A DNA stretch of 64,000 nt from a virus: positions 1-64,000 of the IMG/VR virus record IMGVR_UViG_3300026097_000010; one strand, 5' to 3'. Each line of letters opens with the position of its first letter. The stretch's first letter is position 1. The notes below the pieces were generated by a model that saw nothing but the letters and a program-made list of their open reading frames with translations, was not told where the DNA came from and made no database searches. Made by a program: the position numbers and the translations under genes. Below, one piece after another: positions 8,411 to 17,867 of this stretch.

Positions 8411-9738
8411 TTAACTTTACCTATTCCTTTTCCTTTTTCTGTAACATGAAAGCCTCTTTTTTCTGATGCTTCGAACGGAAAATTATTTTGTTCTAAGTAT
8501 TCTGCCAGGGCATTTTTATATTTTTTATTTTTTAATTCCGTTGATAGCCATAAAAATTCTTGAACTAGGTCTCTATCCAAAAACGGATATCGAGTTTCTA
8601 TACCAAAATGTCCAGCAACATATTCTTCTTTATTTAAATATTGCACTTGGGTTCCATCCCAAAAGCTATGCCAAGGAAAAAATCCTTCTAGTGTTTCTGG
8701 AAACAATCCTCCAAAACTACTATGTTTATAAATGCGTTTTCCTGCAAATCCATAATCGCTTAGTATTTCGTCAGCACCTTGACCACTAAAGTAAATGCGT
8801 CTTCCGTCTAAACTAGCTCTATGACAAATTGCAGATAACCCCATAGAGGCTTGATCTTTTTTGATGTCATAGTTAAAGAAATGATCTTGATACTGAAAAT
8901 TTTCACAGTTATGTCTAAGTTCACCTTTCCACTTTTGAAATTCGTTTGAAGTTAATGTAAACGGTTCTGCATCGGTAATCTTGGCAAATCGCCGAGTTAA
9001 AATTTCATTGTTTTCGTTGTTTATAATAGAATATGCTTTAAAATTAGCATGTTGATTTTCTAATTCACAAGCAATTGCTCCGCTATCATAACCCGAACTC
9101 ATACCAATAAACATACCTTTATCGGTATTTGCAATTCTTTTTGAAATACTGTTCTGGAATGCATAGATCCAATCGTCGTAAGTATTTTTGTGTTGGGTTA
9201 GATCAAAAATAATATTATCAAAACTAGAAATTAATTTTAGTGTTTTTAGATCATAAACTTCTGTTTTGTTGCCTTTAAGTTTTTTACCGTTGTTAAATCC
9301 TAATCCTTGTAGTTGACTGTTATACGATGCAATACAAAATTTTTCATTAACAAATTCATACCAAAGAGGTTTACATGCAAATACATCATTAGCAATAATT
9401 ATTTTATTTTTAGAAAAGTCAATTAGACACAACGCAAATTCTCCGTCGAGTAAAGAAACAAATTTATCTCCGTTCGCTAGATACACATCGATGATTGACT
9501 CGCCGTCACTTTGGTAATTTCCAAAAGATTTGTAATTATATATTTCGCCATTAAAAACACATGCTATGTTATTTTTTATAAAAGGTTGGGGAATCTGTTC
9601 TCCTGTAATATGTAACAGATTGTGCAAAAATTGTATACCGTTTACAACTTTGCTATTTGTTAAATCAGGGCCTCGTTTTTGACATTTTGCGTTGACCGTT
9701 TTTAAATTATTAATATTCGATACACCAAATCCGCACAT
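8407..9738 (-). CDS. Asparagine-synthetase-like glutamine amidotransferase
   Basis: N-terminal MCG (Ntn Cys), RGPD, FNGEIYNY, SSGYDS PP-loop, SGQGADE, ETRYPFLD. Confidence 0.9.
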   Translation of the reverse strand: MCGFGVSNINNLKTVNAKCQKRGPDLTNSKVVNGIQFLHNLLHITGEQIPQPFIKNNIACVFNGEIYNYKSFGNYQSDGESIIDVYLANGDKFVSLLDGEFALCLIDFSKNKIIIANDVFACKPLWYEFVNEKFCIASYNSQLQGLGFNNGKKLKGNKTEVYDLKTLKLISSFDNIIFDLTQHKNTYDDWIYAFQNSISKRIANTDKGMFIGMSSGYDSGAIACELENQHANFKAYSIINNENNEILTRRFAKITDAEPFTLTSNEFQKWKGELRHNCENFQYQDHFFNYDIKKDQASMGLSAICHRASLDGRRIYFSGQGADEILSDYGFAGKRIYKHSSFGGLFPETLEGFFPWHSFWDGTQVQYLNKEEYVAGHFGIETRYPFLDRDLVQEFLWLSTELKNKKYKNALAEYLEQNNFPFEASEKRGFHVTEKGKGIGKVK

Positions 9739-9742
9739 ATTT

Positions 9743-10528
9743 TTACCTATGATATTCTAATTTTAAATTATTTAGAATTGCTTCTGCATGCTTCTTCACA
9801 GAATTATCTCCAGGAAAATCTAAAATAATATCATCATTGCTTTTATCGTAATCGCCGTTACTGTCGACCCACTTGTAATGATCTTTATTGACTTCAAAAA
9901 TTTTAATTTTTAATCCGTCAAAGTCATAATGTTTTTTAGTTTTATTTGATTCGTAGAATTTCGATACAATATTTTTTCTAGATACTAAATGATTTAAACT
10001 TAACATATCACCCCACCATGTTCTGTATTTTTCATCAAAGTTTTTATATATAGAATATCTTTCATTAAAAAAATGAACTACTTTATCATGGTTATTGGTA
10101 TTCGAGTTTACTAAAACAACTCCGTTGCTAAGATTAAATTTCTCGTCGTCATTAGGTTGGCTTAGACAGTATAATCCTATATCAAACTCTTCATTAAAAA
10201 AATGATGCACAGAACCTAAAACAATATTATCTACTCCTGTCAAAATGCTCTTACCTACGTTATCTTTTACGTAATTTAAATTAGCAACAATTAACGATTC
10301 CATTAAATTAAGTTGAGATAGATTCGATCTGTGGCATTTATATTCGAGATCTGTACTATTATCAGTTTGCACTATAAAATTATCAGACGGATTAAACATT
10401 TTAAAACTTTCGTGCAACAGCCGTAGATTTTTTCTATAGTCTACTTTGCCCACTCGTCTTTTTAATTTTTTGTGAGTCACCTCACTTGCATTGATGTCCT
10501 TATAAAAAGGAGCAAAGTTTATCATCAT
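9743..10528 (-). CDS. Hypothetical, divergent GT-A-like protein
   Basis: GVD, NGVVLV, WWGDMLSLN and DFPG resemble GT-A motifs but lack a canonical DxD. Confidence 0.5.
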   Translation of the reverse strand: MMINFAPFYKDINASEVTHKKLKRRVGKVDYRKNLRLLHESFKMFNPSDNFIVQTDNSTDLEYKCHRSNLSQLNLMESLIVANLNYVKDNVGKSILTGVDNIVLGSVHHFFNEEFDIGLYCLSQPNDDEKFNLSNGVVLVNSNTNNHDKVVHFFNERYSIYKNFDEKYRTWWGDMLSLNHLVSRKNIVSKFYESNKTKKHYDFDGLKIKIFEVNKDHYKWVDSNGDYDKSNDDIILDFPGDNSVKKHAEAILNNLKLEYHR

Positions 10529-11570
10529 CTAATTCTCTAAATGCATCAATAACCGCGTTATAATTTGTTCCTGGGTATATTGGCAAACTTAATTGTTTTG
10601 TAGCAAGCAAGTTTGTATTATCTAAATTATCTTGATTGAAAATATAAGGCTTGGACAAACTTACAGGAGTTGGATAATAAACACGAGTTTGCACACGATC
10701 TTTAATTTTTTCTATGACTTCTTCTCTATTATTCACAAGAACAGTATAGATGTTAAATGAATGTTCGGCTCCTTGCACTGTGTTAATATTACTAAAATAC
10801 TGATTATATTTTTCTGCAACTTCCCGTTTTGCTTCTAAAATTTTAGGATAGTATTTTAATTTTATAGAAACAAATTCTGCTTGCAAGTTATCCATCCGAT
10901 AATTATACCCAACATCACCCTCTTTCCATGTTCTGAGTGCAGAAATATTTTCATGTATATTTGCATCGTTTGTAATAATACAACCCGCGTCGCCGAGTGC
11001 ACCAACATTTTTACTTGGATAAAAACTAAAGGCTCCTACGGTTCCGAATGTTCCAACATGCTTTCCGTTTATAGTTGTTCCGTGTGCCTGGGCACAATCT
11101 TCTACTACAGGAATATTATATTTGTCTGCAATTGCCATAACAGCATTCATATCCACAGCATTACCAAACAAATGAACAGGAACAATACATTTTGTTTTAT
11201 CAGTAATCTTTGATTCAATAAGACTTGGATCCATACAAAATGTATCTTTATCGATATCAACATATACGGGAGTAGCACCTACATACATAATGGCCGCAAC
11301 AGTAGCTTTGAATGTATAACCTACTGTTATTACTTCGTCACCTTCCTTAATACCAAGAGCAAGTAATGCTAGGTGCAGTGCCGCTGTTCCGCTTGCTACA
11401 CCGGAACAATGTGATGCTCCAGTATATTCAGCAAATTCTTCTTCAAGTCGCTGTGTTCCTAAAATATAGTTTCCGCTTTCTATTACCGCACATGCTTTAC
11501 TTTTTAACTCATCTAAATATTCTTGATGAAGTCCTTGTAAATTAAAAAACGGTACTACTGTTCTATCCAT
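10500..11570 (-). CDS. DegT/DnrJ/EryC1/StrS sugar aminotransferase (GnnB/WbpE-like)
   Basis: SGTAAL, PVHLFG, EDCAQAHG, SFYPSKNVGALGDAG (PLP Lys), GYNYRMD. Confidence 0.93.
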   Translation of the reverse strand: MDRTVVPFFNLQGLHQEYLDELKSKACAVIESGNYILGTQRLEEEFAEYTGASHCSGVASGTAALHLALLALGIKEGDEVITVGYTFKATVAAIMYVGATPVYVDIDKDTFCMDPSLIESKITDKTKCIVPVHLFGNAVDMNAVMAIADKYNIPVVEDCAQAHGTTINGKHVGTFGTVGAFSFYPSKNVGALGDAGCIITNDANIHENISALRTWKEGDVGYNYRMDNLQAEFVSIKLKYYPKILEAKREVAEKYNQYFSNINTVQGAEHSFNIYTVLVNNREEVIEKIKDRVQTRVYYPTPVSLSKPYIFNQDNLDNTNLLATKQLSLPIYPGTNYNAVIDAFRELDDDKLCSFL

Positions 11571-12457
11571 TCTTGTATCCTTTTTGCTTGATATATATCT
11601 GTTACTGGAGTTTCTTTTCTATCAATCATTTTCTTAAATGCATTAATTGCTGTTTCCAGTCCTGGTTGTTGTTCTACATCGATCACAGTTTCGTCGATAA
11701 ATGAATTTGCTGAGTATTTTTCATCTAATTTTTCTATAGTTTTAGAAGTAATTCTGCTTCCTTGTAAATCGATCATTTTGTCATTACAATGAATTAGTAT
11801 CTGTCTTTGTTTTACAGGAGACACCCAACTGCAAATAATAGTGGCCCGTAACTCGTTATCAAATGTGAAATTTAAAATAGCATGATCAGCAAATTTGTTT
11901 ACATGATTATTTTTTATTATTTCTTTTTTTATAAGTTTTATTCCTGGAAACAGATAATCGATAATACTTAAATCATGAGTAGCTAAATCATATATTACAT
12001 CTGTATCCGGTTGATACAATCCTTGATGTAATCGATGGCTTTCAAAATATATCGGATCAGATATATCGATCTTATTTTTTAAATGTTTTATAGTAGAATC
12101 ATGACACATTATGTGATCTACAAATATTTGAACATTCTTTTCTTCAGCTAGATCTATTAATTTGTTTGTTTCTTCTAATGTAACACATGCAGGTTTTTCT
12201 ATCCACAAATCTCTTCCTGTCGATATAACTTTTTTAGCAATTTCAAAATGTGTTGCAGCTTTTGTCGCAATTATAACTGACGTAATGTTCTCATCTGCCA
12301 ATGCATCTTCTATGTTATTGTAACATAGTGTATGAGGATATTTAATCGCAATCTCTTCAAGAACTTCTTGTGAAAAATCACACACCGCATAAAGATCTTT
12401 ATTCAAAGTCTTTGCAATGTTTTTACCCCAGTATCCGTGTCCAATTAATAATATCAT
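11555..12457 (-). CDS. Gfo/Idh/MocA oxidoreductase (GnnA/WbpB-like)
   Basis: IGHGYWG, IEKP, DLATHD. Confidence 0.9.
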   Translation of the reverse strand: MILLIGHGYWGKNIAKTLNKDLYAVCDFSQEVLEEIAIKYPHTLCYNNIEDALADENITSVIIATKAATHFEIAKKVISTGRDLWIEKPACVTLEETNKLIDLAEEKNVQIFVDHIMCHDSTIKHLKNKIDISDPIYFESHRLHQGLYQPDTDVIYDLATHDLSIIDYLFPGIKLIKKEIIKNNHVNKFADHAILNFTFDNELRATIICSWVSPVKQRQILIHCNDKMIDLQGSRITSKTIEKLDEKYSANSFIDETVIDVEQQPGLETAINAFKKMIDRKETPVTDIYQAKRIQEWIEQ

Positions 12458-13056
12458 TTATGTAAATCTCTATATATATTTTCAAATCTATCAGTTTCAT
12501 CTAATAACATGTTGTCATCGATTTTGTTTCTTTCTAGGCCTATTATGTTAGGCTTTAATACTTTTGCAGGTGTTCCGACATACACGTTTCCGGGAACAAT
12601 TCTGTTTTTAGGAGTTACAATAGTTCCCATTCCTAACATAGAATACGAACCGATAACTTGCCATTGATGTACATTACAGTTTAAACCAATAATAGCGCCT
12701 TGCATCACATGTACATGTCCAGACAACACACAATTGTTACTCATGGTTACGCCGTCTTCTATGACGCAATCGTGATGCACCATCGAATTTGTCATAAAAT
12801 AACAATCATTACCTATTACAGTTTTTTTTGAAAATTTAGTAGGCATAGTTACACATGAATGAGAATGAAATATGTTATTGTTACCGATCTCAATAATTCC
12901 AGTTGAAGGTTCTCTTATATGCTGTGCATCTGTTCCGATACACACATATGGGTGAATTACATTTCCTGTGCCGATATTAATCCTATCCCAATACACAACC
13001 GCCGAAGGATGGACAAAATTTCCATTTATATTTTCAAAATCAGATAAAATGTTCAT
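12454..13056 (-). CDS. LpxA-like hexapeptide-repeat acyltransferase
   Basis: Left-handed beta-helix repeats with IG..AQ, HHDC, LSGHV and VHQW. Confidence 0.82.
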   Translation of the reverse strand: MNILSDFENINGNFVHPSAVVYWDRINIGTGNVIHPYVCIGTDAQHIREPSTGIIEIGNNNIFHSHSCVTMPTKFSKKTVIGNDCYFMTNSMVHHDCVIEDGVTMSNNCVLSGHVHVMQGAIIGLNCNVHQWQVIGSYSMLGMGTIVTPKNRIVPGNVYVGTPAKVLKPNIIGLERNKIDDNMLLDETDRFENIYRDLHK

Positions 13057-13635
13057 TTATTGCTTAAACTTAAAATGCAGTTTTACAGCGGTGCTATTTT
13101 CTGAAATAGTATCAATAACATCAATGTATTGCATTTGTTGACCTATGGATGATTTTTGAAAATCCATAACAATTACAGTATCGTCTGTAGAATGTTTATC
13201 TATAAGATGTTTATAAGTTGTAACCGGATAATGAAACCCACAACTTAACAATGAATATATTAGATCGAACTTAATTTCGTTAGGAATCTCAACTTTGTTT
13301 GCATCAACAAAGTTGTATTGAATCTTTCGATCATCCCATGAATTTTTTAAATCTACAATTGAATTATAAAATTTAAAATCGTCGACTGCGCCATACTTGA
13401 TATCTCTGCTATTCTCTTTGGTGTCTTCGGCATCGCCGTCGAGCAGATACAAGTTTGTGTTATATTTTTTTTGAAATTTTTCAGATTCGTATGCTAGTCC
13501 GCAACCAATGTCTAATATATTTTGTGGTTTAAAATTTAAGTACGAATCTAATACTTCAAAATTTTCTTCTCTGTTTTCAGAAAAAGATTTCCAAGACCAT
13601 ACTTCTAACCATGATCTCTTAACTTTCTTCCCCAT
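13057..13635 (-). CDS. Class I SAM-dependent methyltransferase
   Basis: ILDIGCGLA, FDLIYS..SCGFHYP. Confidence 0.82.
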   Translation of the reverse strand: MGKKVKRSWLEVWSWKSFSENREENFEVLDSYLNFKPQNILDIGCGLAYESEKFQKKYNTNLYLLDGDAEDTKENSRDIKYGAVDDFKFYNSIVDLKNSWDDRKIQYNFVDANKVEIPNEIKFDLIYSLLSCGFHYPVTTYKHLIDKHSTDDTVIVMDFQKSSIGQQMQYIDVIDTISENSTAVKLHFKFKQ

Positions 13636-13636
13636 A

Positions 13637-13981
13637 TTACTTTTTAAATCCTACAGTGTCTCGTTCTATATCGTCGTGATCAAACTCCGCCCAATACAGT
13701 TCAAAAGCAACCGTGTCTTTAGTTGCTTCGAACTGGTGATATTCTCCAGGAGCAACTTTTGTGTATTGTCCTGGACCTAACACAGTTTCGTCCACTAGAT
13801 CATAATTGTTTTTCCAGACACGAATTACTAATTCTCCGCTTTCTACAAAAAACCCATTCCACTTATGCTTGTGCTTGTGTTTTGAACACACGCCGCCTTT
13901 TCTAGATTCGATACGATGAAATTCTAACACACCGTTAGCTTCTAACAATTCTGTTTTACCCCAAACTTTTCCTGCGATCAT
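13637..13981 (-). CDS. Cupin-domain protein (possible sugar isomerase)
   Basis: KVWG, CSKHKH..F.V.SG, PGEYHQF. Confidence 0.85.
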   Translation of the reverse strand: MIAGKVWGKTELLEANGVLEFHRIESRKGGVCSKHKHKHKWNGFFVESGELVIRVWKNNYDLVDETVLGPGQYTKVAPGEYHQFEATKDTVAFELYWAEFDHDDIERDTVGFKK

Positions 13982-13996
13982 ATAATACCTCTAAGC

Positions 13997-14002
13997 TATT
14001 TA
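13997..14002 (-). promoter_or_regulatory. Late-type TAAATA motif heading the 13981-7219 sugar gene run (SD GAGGT present)
   Basis: caaTAAATAgcttagaggtattatATG on -. Confidence 0.55.
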
Positions 14003-14031
14003 TTGTGTAAAAAAATGCACCAAAAGTTTTG

Positions 14032-14643
14032 TTAAAAGTCGTATCTAAAAGCATCGACGTCATCTTTCCATTTATCTGCTACTATATCAATTAGTTCTTG
14101 ACTTGTATAATAATCTTTATACGATGTCCTATTTCTGGTTTTATTAGAGTGTCCTAACGATTCGAAACAATTTAACCGTGTCTGAACTTCCTTAAAATCA
14201 TCTGATAAATTTTCTAATCTGATCCAATAGTCGCAGTTTTTGGCCCACAAAAGCTGAGATCCTCTACTAGTTCGTTTAAGCCAGCCATCGAACCCTTCTG
14301 CTTCTAATCTATCTATTTGTTGTTGTTGTGTCTCAACGTTATATTTTTCTTTATGACTATTTGCTAACGAAGGATTGTTTTTGACCATGTTAATTCTAAC
14401 CTTAGCAGCATCTATCTTAAAAGTATACCAACTAACAGCATAGTCCCAAGGATTTCTAATTACACAGAATTTCCAACCTAGATTTCCTAGAAGATTATAT
14501 GCTGTGTTAATATCGCAATGTTGTTTTCTTTTTGTAGTTTTTGTGGGGAAGTTTTGACGCATCCAGTCGCTTACACTGTTCCCTGCATTTTTCGGAATAT
14601 GGATAAAGGTACAGTGATAAGGATCGTTAATCATAACGGCCAT
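14032..14643 (-). CDS. Sulfotransferase (Sulfotransfer_2-like)
   Basis: FIHIPKNAGNS, RNPWDYAVSWY. Confidence 0.85.
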   Translation of the reverse strand: MAVMINDPYHCTFIHIPKNAGNSVSDWMRQNFPTKTTKRKQHCDINTAYNLLGNLGWKFCVIRNPWDYAVSWYTFKIDAAKVRINMVKNNPSLANSHKEKYNVETQQQQIDRLEAEGFDGWLKRTSRGSQLLWAKNCDYWIRLENLSDDFKEVQTRLNCFESLGHSNKTRNRTSYKDYYTSQELIDIVADKWKDDVDAFRYDF

Positions 14644-14709
14644 TATTTTTTCATTCCTTTTGCTGTTGTTTCGAAGCTGTCGCTTATTACTAAAACTTTT
14701 AACATATCA

Positions 14710-15216
14710 TTAAAGAAGATTGTTCAAAATCAATACTTCGCTTTGCCTACTTATTTCTTTTACAAAATAGACACAAGGCGGATTTTCGCCTTCGCCTATC
14801 GGAACTGTTAGTAATTGTCCGTTTTTCATTTTAGGAAAATACCATTTAACATCTTGAAAAATATTAACAATCTCTACAGGATAATATTCTATACGAAACC
14901 CGTTAATAGGATTAATAGAAAATGCTTCAAACCCTCTTTCATTAATGCTGGTTAACGGAAGTACTTCAGGATCTAAACCACAGTCCCTATCACCAACAAG
15001 CATACACCAATCGAGAGGCATTTGAATTTCGTATCCGCCAATGTTTAGCAAGATAGCAGGACTGTTAAAGCTTTCTAAAAATATTAAAGGCATAAAGAAA
15101 AAATCTGGATCTTGGTTATTCGAATTATCAAGTACAGAAAATCTTATGTCATCAACTTCTTCAGGAAGATCGTTTAGATCAAATGCTTTATTTTCTAGTG
15201 TTAATATCTGTGTCAT
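14710..15216 (-). CDS. Hypothetical phage protein downstream of uvsW
   Basis: 168-aa ORF with ATGA coupling to the helicase. Confidence 0.75.
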   Translation of the reverse strand: MTQILTLENKAFDLNDLPEEVDDIRFSVLDNSNNQDPDFFFMPLIFLESFNSPAILLNIGGYEIQMPLDWCMLVGDRDCGLDPEVLPLTSINERGFEAFSINPINGFRIEYYPVEIVNIFQDVKWYFPKMKNGQLLTVPIGEGENPPCVYFVKEISRQSEVLILNNLL

Positions 15217-16667
15217 ACGTCTACCTTTGTGATTTGAAATGGGTATTGTGCTTCTTTGTAATATTTCTTACGTTCTGTTAGATGACGCTTTGCATACTTA
15301 CAGGTAGAAGTAAGATCCCATATTTGAACAAAATCTTTATCTTCTGCTTTACGAATGCCTCTACCAATACTTTGAATTACTCTTACAAAACTCTTTCCAG
15401 GCTCGATAAGAACAAGATTAAAAATGCGGGGTATGTTAATTCCCACTGCGGCAACACCATAGGTTGCAATAATAATTTTATTGTCTGCGTTTTTAATTTC
15501 ATCATAATGATCCTTTCTGTCATCTAGTTTCACATCACCTTTAACAAACGATGCATCTGGAAGTCTTTCCATTAATTTGTTTCCAGTATCGATCCTGTTG
15601 ATCAATACCAGTGTATTACCTGACTGAGAAAACTCTTTGATCTTGTCTCCGATCCAGTCTAAGCGATTGCTATTGGTAACTAGCCAAGTGTATTCTTCTT
15701 GATAGTTTCTAAATTCTTCTACATCTTTGGTCTGTAAAATATTGATGTTTAGTTTGGCAAGGACATCTTTTTGTTGTAAGTCGTGTGCCGATACTTGGTT
15801 GATTACAGGCCCAATACTTGCAAGAATGCCTTGGAACTCGTGATCTTCCTTAGGCACTGTGCCCGTTAGTCCCCAGCGTATAGGAGAATTACGAAAGTTT
15901 TGTGTAAGAAGTTTTTTAAGAACATCGGCCTTTGCTTGATGTACTTCGTCAACAATGATAGCACACACATCTTCTGCGAACTCTGCCACTGTTAATGCTT
16001 CTTCGTCATATTTCTTTTTGTCAAGAACATTTAGACTCTGCCACGTGCAAATAGTATGTGTACGCCCTAGCTCTTTTCTATCGCCGAAGTATACACCAAC
16101 GTCTAGTCCTAGATTTAGATAATCTTCTTCTGTTTGTACCACAAGGCTTTTGTTAGGAACAATAACAATTGTGCGACCATACTTTTCGCATAAGTGACTC
16201 AGTGTTGCTGTGGTAAGTGTCTTGCCTGCACCTGTAGCAACTTCTTGTAGACTTTGTGGATTCTCTAGAAACTTGTTAACAACATCGTATTGATAGTCGC
16301 GAAGCACAATAGGTTGCCCGGCAGCAGGGTGTCCTTCCGGCCAAGTCTTTCCTTGTGAACTCCAGTAATCCTCACCGATCAAATCAAATTTAAATTCGCC
16401 GTGGATACGTTGATCTTCTACTTCGATATAATAACCGTCGTTCTCGATGATAGGAAGAATAACGTCTAGATGTGCCAAATATCCAGTGCCTCCGATACCA
16501 AAGAACGAAACAGTACCGTCCCAGCGACCTAGTTTAAATGCAGGCATATGACGAGCATACGGAAGCTCGTACTTTAGTTTGTTAACTATTTTTCGTCTTG
16601 TTTCTACGGAGAGTCCGTCAACTTTTATGTTAACTTCATCTTTGATTACTAGTTTACAGCTCGACAA
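15213..16667 (-). CDS. uvsW: UvsW-like SF2 helicase
   Basis: LRDYQ, ATGAGKT, DEVH, GLTGT, QSIGRGIR. Confidence 0.93.
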   Translation of the reverse strand: MSSCKLVIKDEVNIKVDGLSVETRRKIVNKLKYELPYARHMPAFKLGRWDGTVSFFGIGGTGYLAHLDVILPIIENDGYYIEVEDQRIHGEFKFDLIGEDYWSSQGKTWPEGHPAAGQPIVLRDYQYDVVNKFLENPQSLQEVATGAGKTLTTATLSHLCEKYGRTIVIVPNKSLVVQTEEDYLNLGLDVGVYFGDRKELGRTHTICTWQSLNVLDKKKYDEEALTVAEFAEDVCAIIVDEVHQAKADVLKKLLTQNFRNSPIRWGLTGTVPKEDHEFQGILASIGPVINQVSAHDLQQKDVLAKLNINILQTKDVEEFRNYQEEYTWLVTNSNRLDWIGDKIKEFSQSGNTLVLINRIDTGNKLMERLPDASFVKGDVKLDDRKDHYDEIKNADNKIIIATYGVAAVGINIPRIFNLVLIEPGKSFVRVIQSIGRGIRKAEDKDFVQIWDLTSTCKYAKRHLTERKKYYKEAQYPFQITKVDV

Positions 16668-17832
16668 AATTAGATTCCCTTAATGAAGGCTTTACATCAC
16701 CCAAATATATCACACACGGATGATTTTCAAACCAAGTTCTTGAGATATGTGTAGATGGCAAGAACAAACAATTTGTACCTATTATTTTAACAGAGTTTTC
16801 CATTTTAAACAACCATTTAGGAGGTTTATTTAAAAAAATAAGATATTTTTGATTTTCAATTTTTCCTGCAAAATTATTTTCTTTTACCCAATTATTAAAT
16901 TCTTTATTTTCTGTATTGTTAGCCCTAAAGCATATTCTAATATTATTCTTTTCAATGCCATAACTTTCTACACTCCTAGCAAAGTTTTTTAACCATTCTT
17001 CGTAGTCGTCTGATCGATCTAACAAAATTGCTATAGTTCCGGTAATAGATTCAGTGATGTCGAAAAATTGTTTAAACGATCTGACCCAAAAGTTACTTTC
17101 TTCAGAAGATGCAATTTTTTCAATAGGTGTTGTACAAATTTTGTTTAAATTAAATTGCATCTGTTTTGCTAAAAAAAGATCATCGTTTATATTATTTGTA
17201 CTATGCTTTTTAAAATACTCAATACTATCGTTTGAAGCATTATGCAAAGTTACACTATTATTATCAACAGTTGAAAATTTTAAAATGTTATCAGCTGATT
17301 CCCAAATTTCTTCAACTAATGATAACGCATCAAAAAAGCTTTCTTCTATTTCAAAGTTATAACTTTTTAAAAATTCGTAGGTTTTTATAATATTATAATC
17401 TAATAAATTTAGTAATCTTAATCTTCGATCCTTATCCCATTTATTCTCACCGTAATATTGATAACCATTCCCTAATATATCTTTTTCTACAATGTTTTTT
17501 AATTGGTAAGGAAATTTTAAACAAATCCAATAAACTCCGTCATCGTCATATTCTACAAAAGCTTTTCTACTTGTATCAATTGTTCGAAACTCTCTTTTCC
17601 AGACAGGGTTATCTAAATCGATATCTTTAATAACATAAGAGCTATCTTTGTATTTTTTTAAAATGCGAATAATAAAATTAGATTGATTTGTAGTAATCCG
17701 TTGCCCTTGCACTAAAAGATTATAAAAACTAGCCATGGGTTGTTTGTCTTGTGTTAAGATAGGGATTCTATTTACGATAACATCGTCATAGAAATTAATA
17801 AACACATCTTCGATAAAAATAGTTTCAGACAT
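16654..17832 (-). CDS. Hypothetical protein
   Basis: 392-aa AT-rich ORF with its own promoter, overlapping the uvsW start. Confidence 0.75.
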   Translation of the reverse strand: MSETIFIEDVFINFYDDVIVNRIPILTQDKQPMASFYNLLVQGQRITTNQSNFIIRILKKYKDSSYVIKDIDLDNPVWKREFRTIDTSRKAFVEYDDDGVYWICLKFPYQLKNIVEKDILGNGYQYYGENKWDKDRRLRLLNLLDYNIIKTYEFLKSYNFEIEESFFDALSLVEEIWESADNILKFSTVDNNSVTLHNASNDSIEYFKKHSTNNINDDLFLAKQMQFNLNKICTTPIEKIASSEESNFWVRSFKQFFDITESITGTIAILLDRSDDYEEWLKNFARSVESYGIEKNNIRICFRANNTENKEFNNWVKENNFAGKIENQKYLIFLNKPPKWLFKMENSVKIIGTNCLFLPSTHISRTWFENHPCVIYLGDVKPSLRESNFVEL

Positions 17833-17838
17833 GTAATT

Positions 17839-17867
17839 ATTATAATAGATTTATAACAAGAAGTCAA
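17839..17867 (-). promoter_or_regulatory. sigma70-type promoter TTGACT-17-TATAAT, 6 nt from the ATG at 17832
   Basis: agtcaa at 17862-17867 and attata at 17839-17844 on +. Confidence 0.78.
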
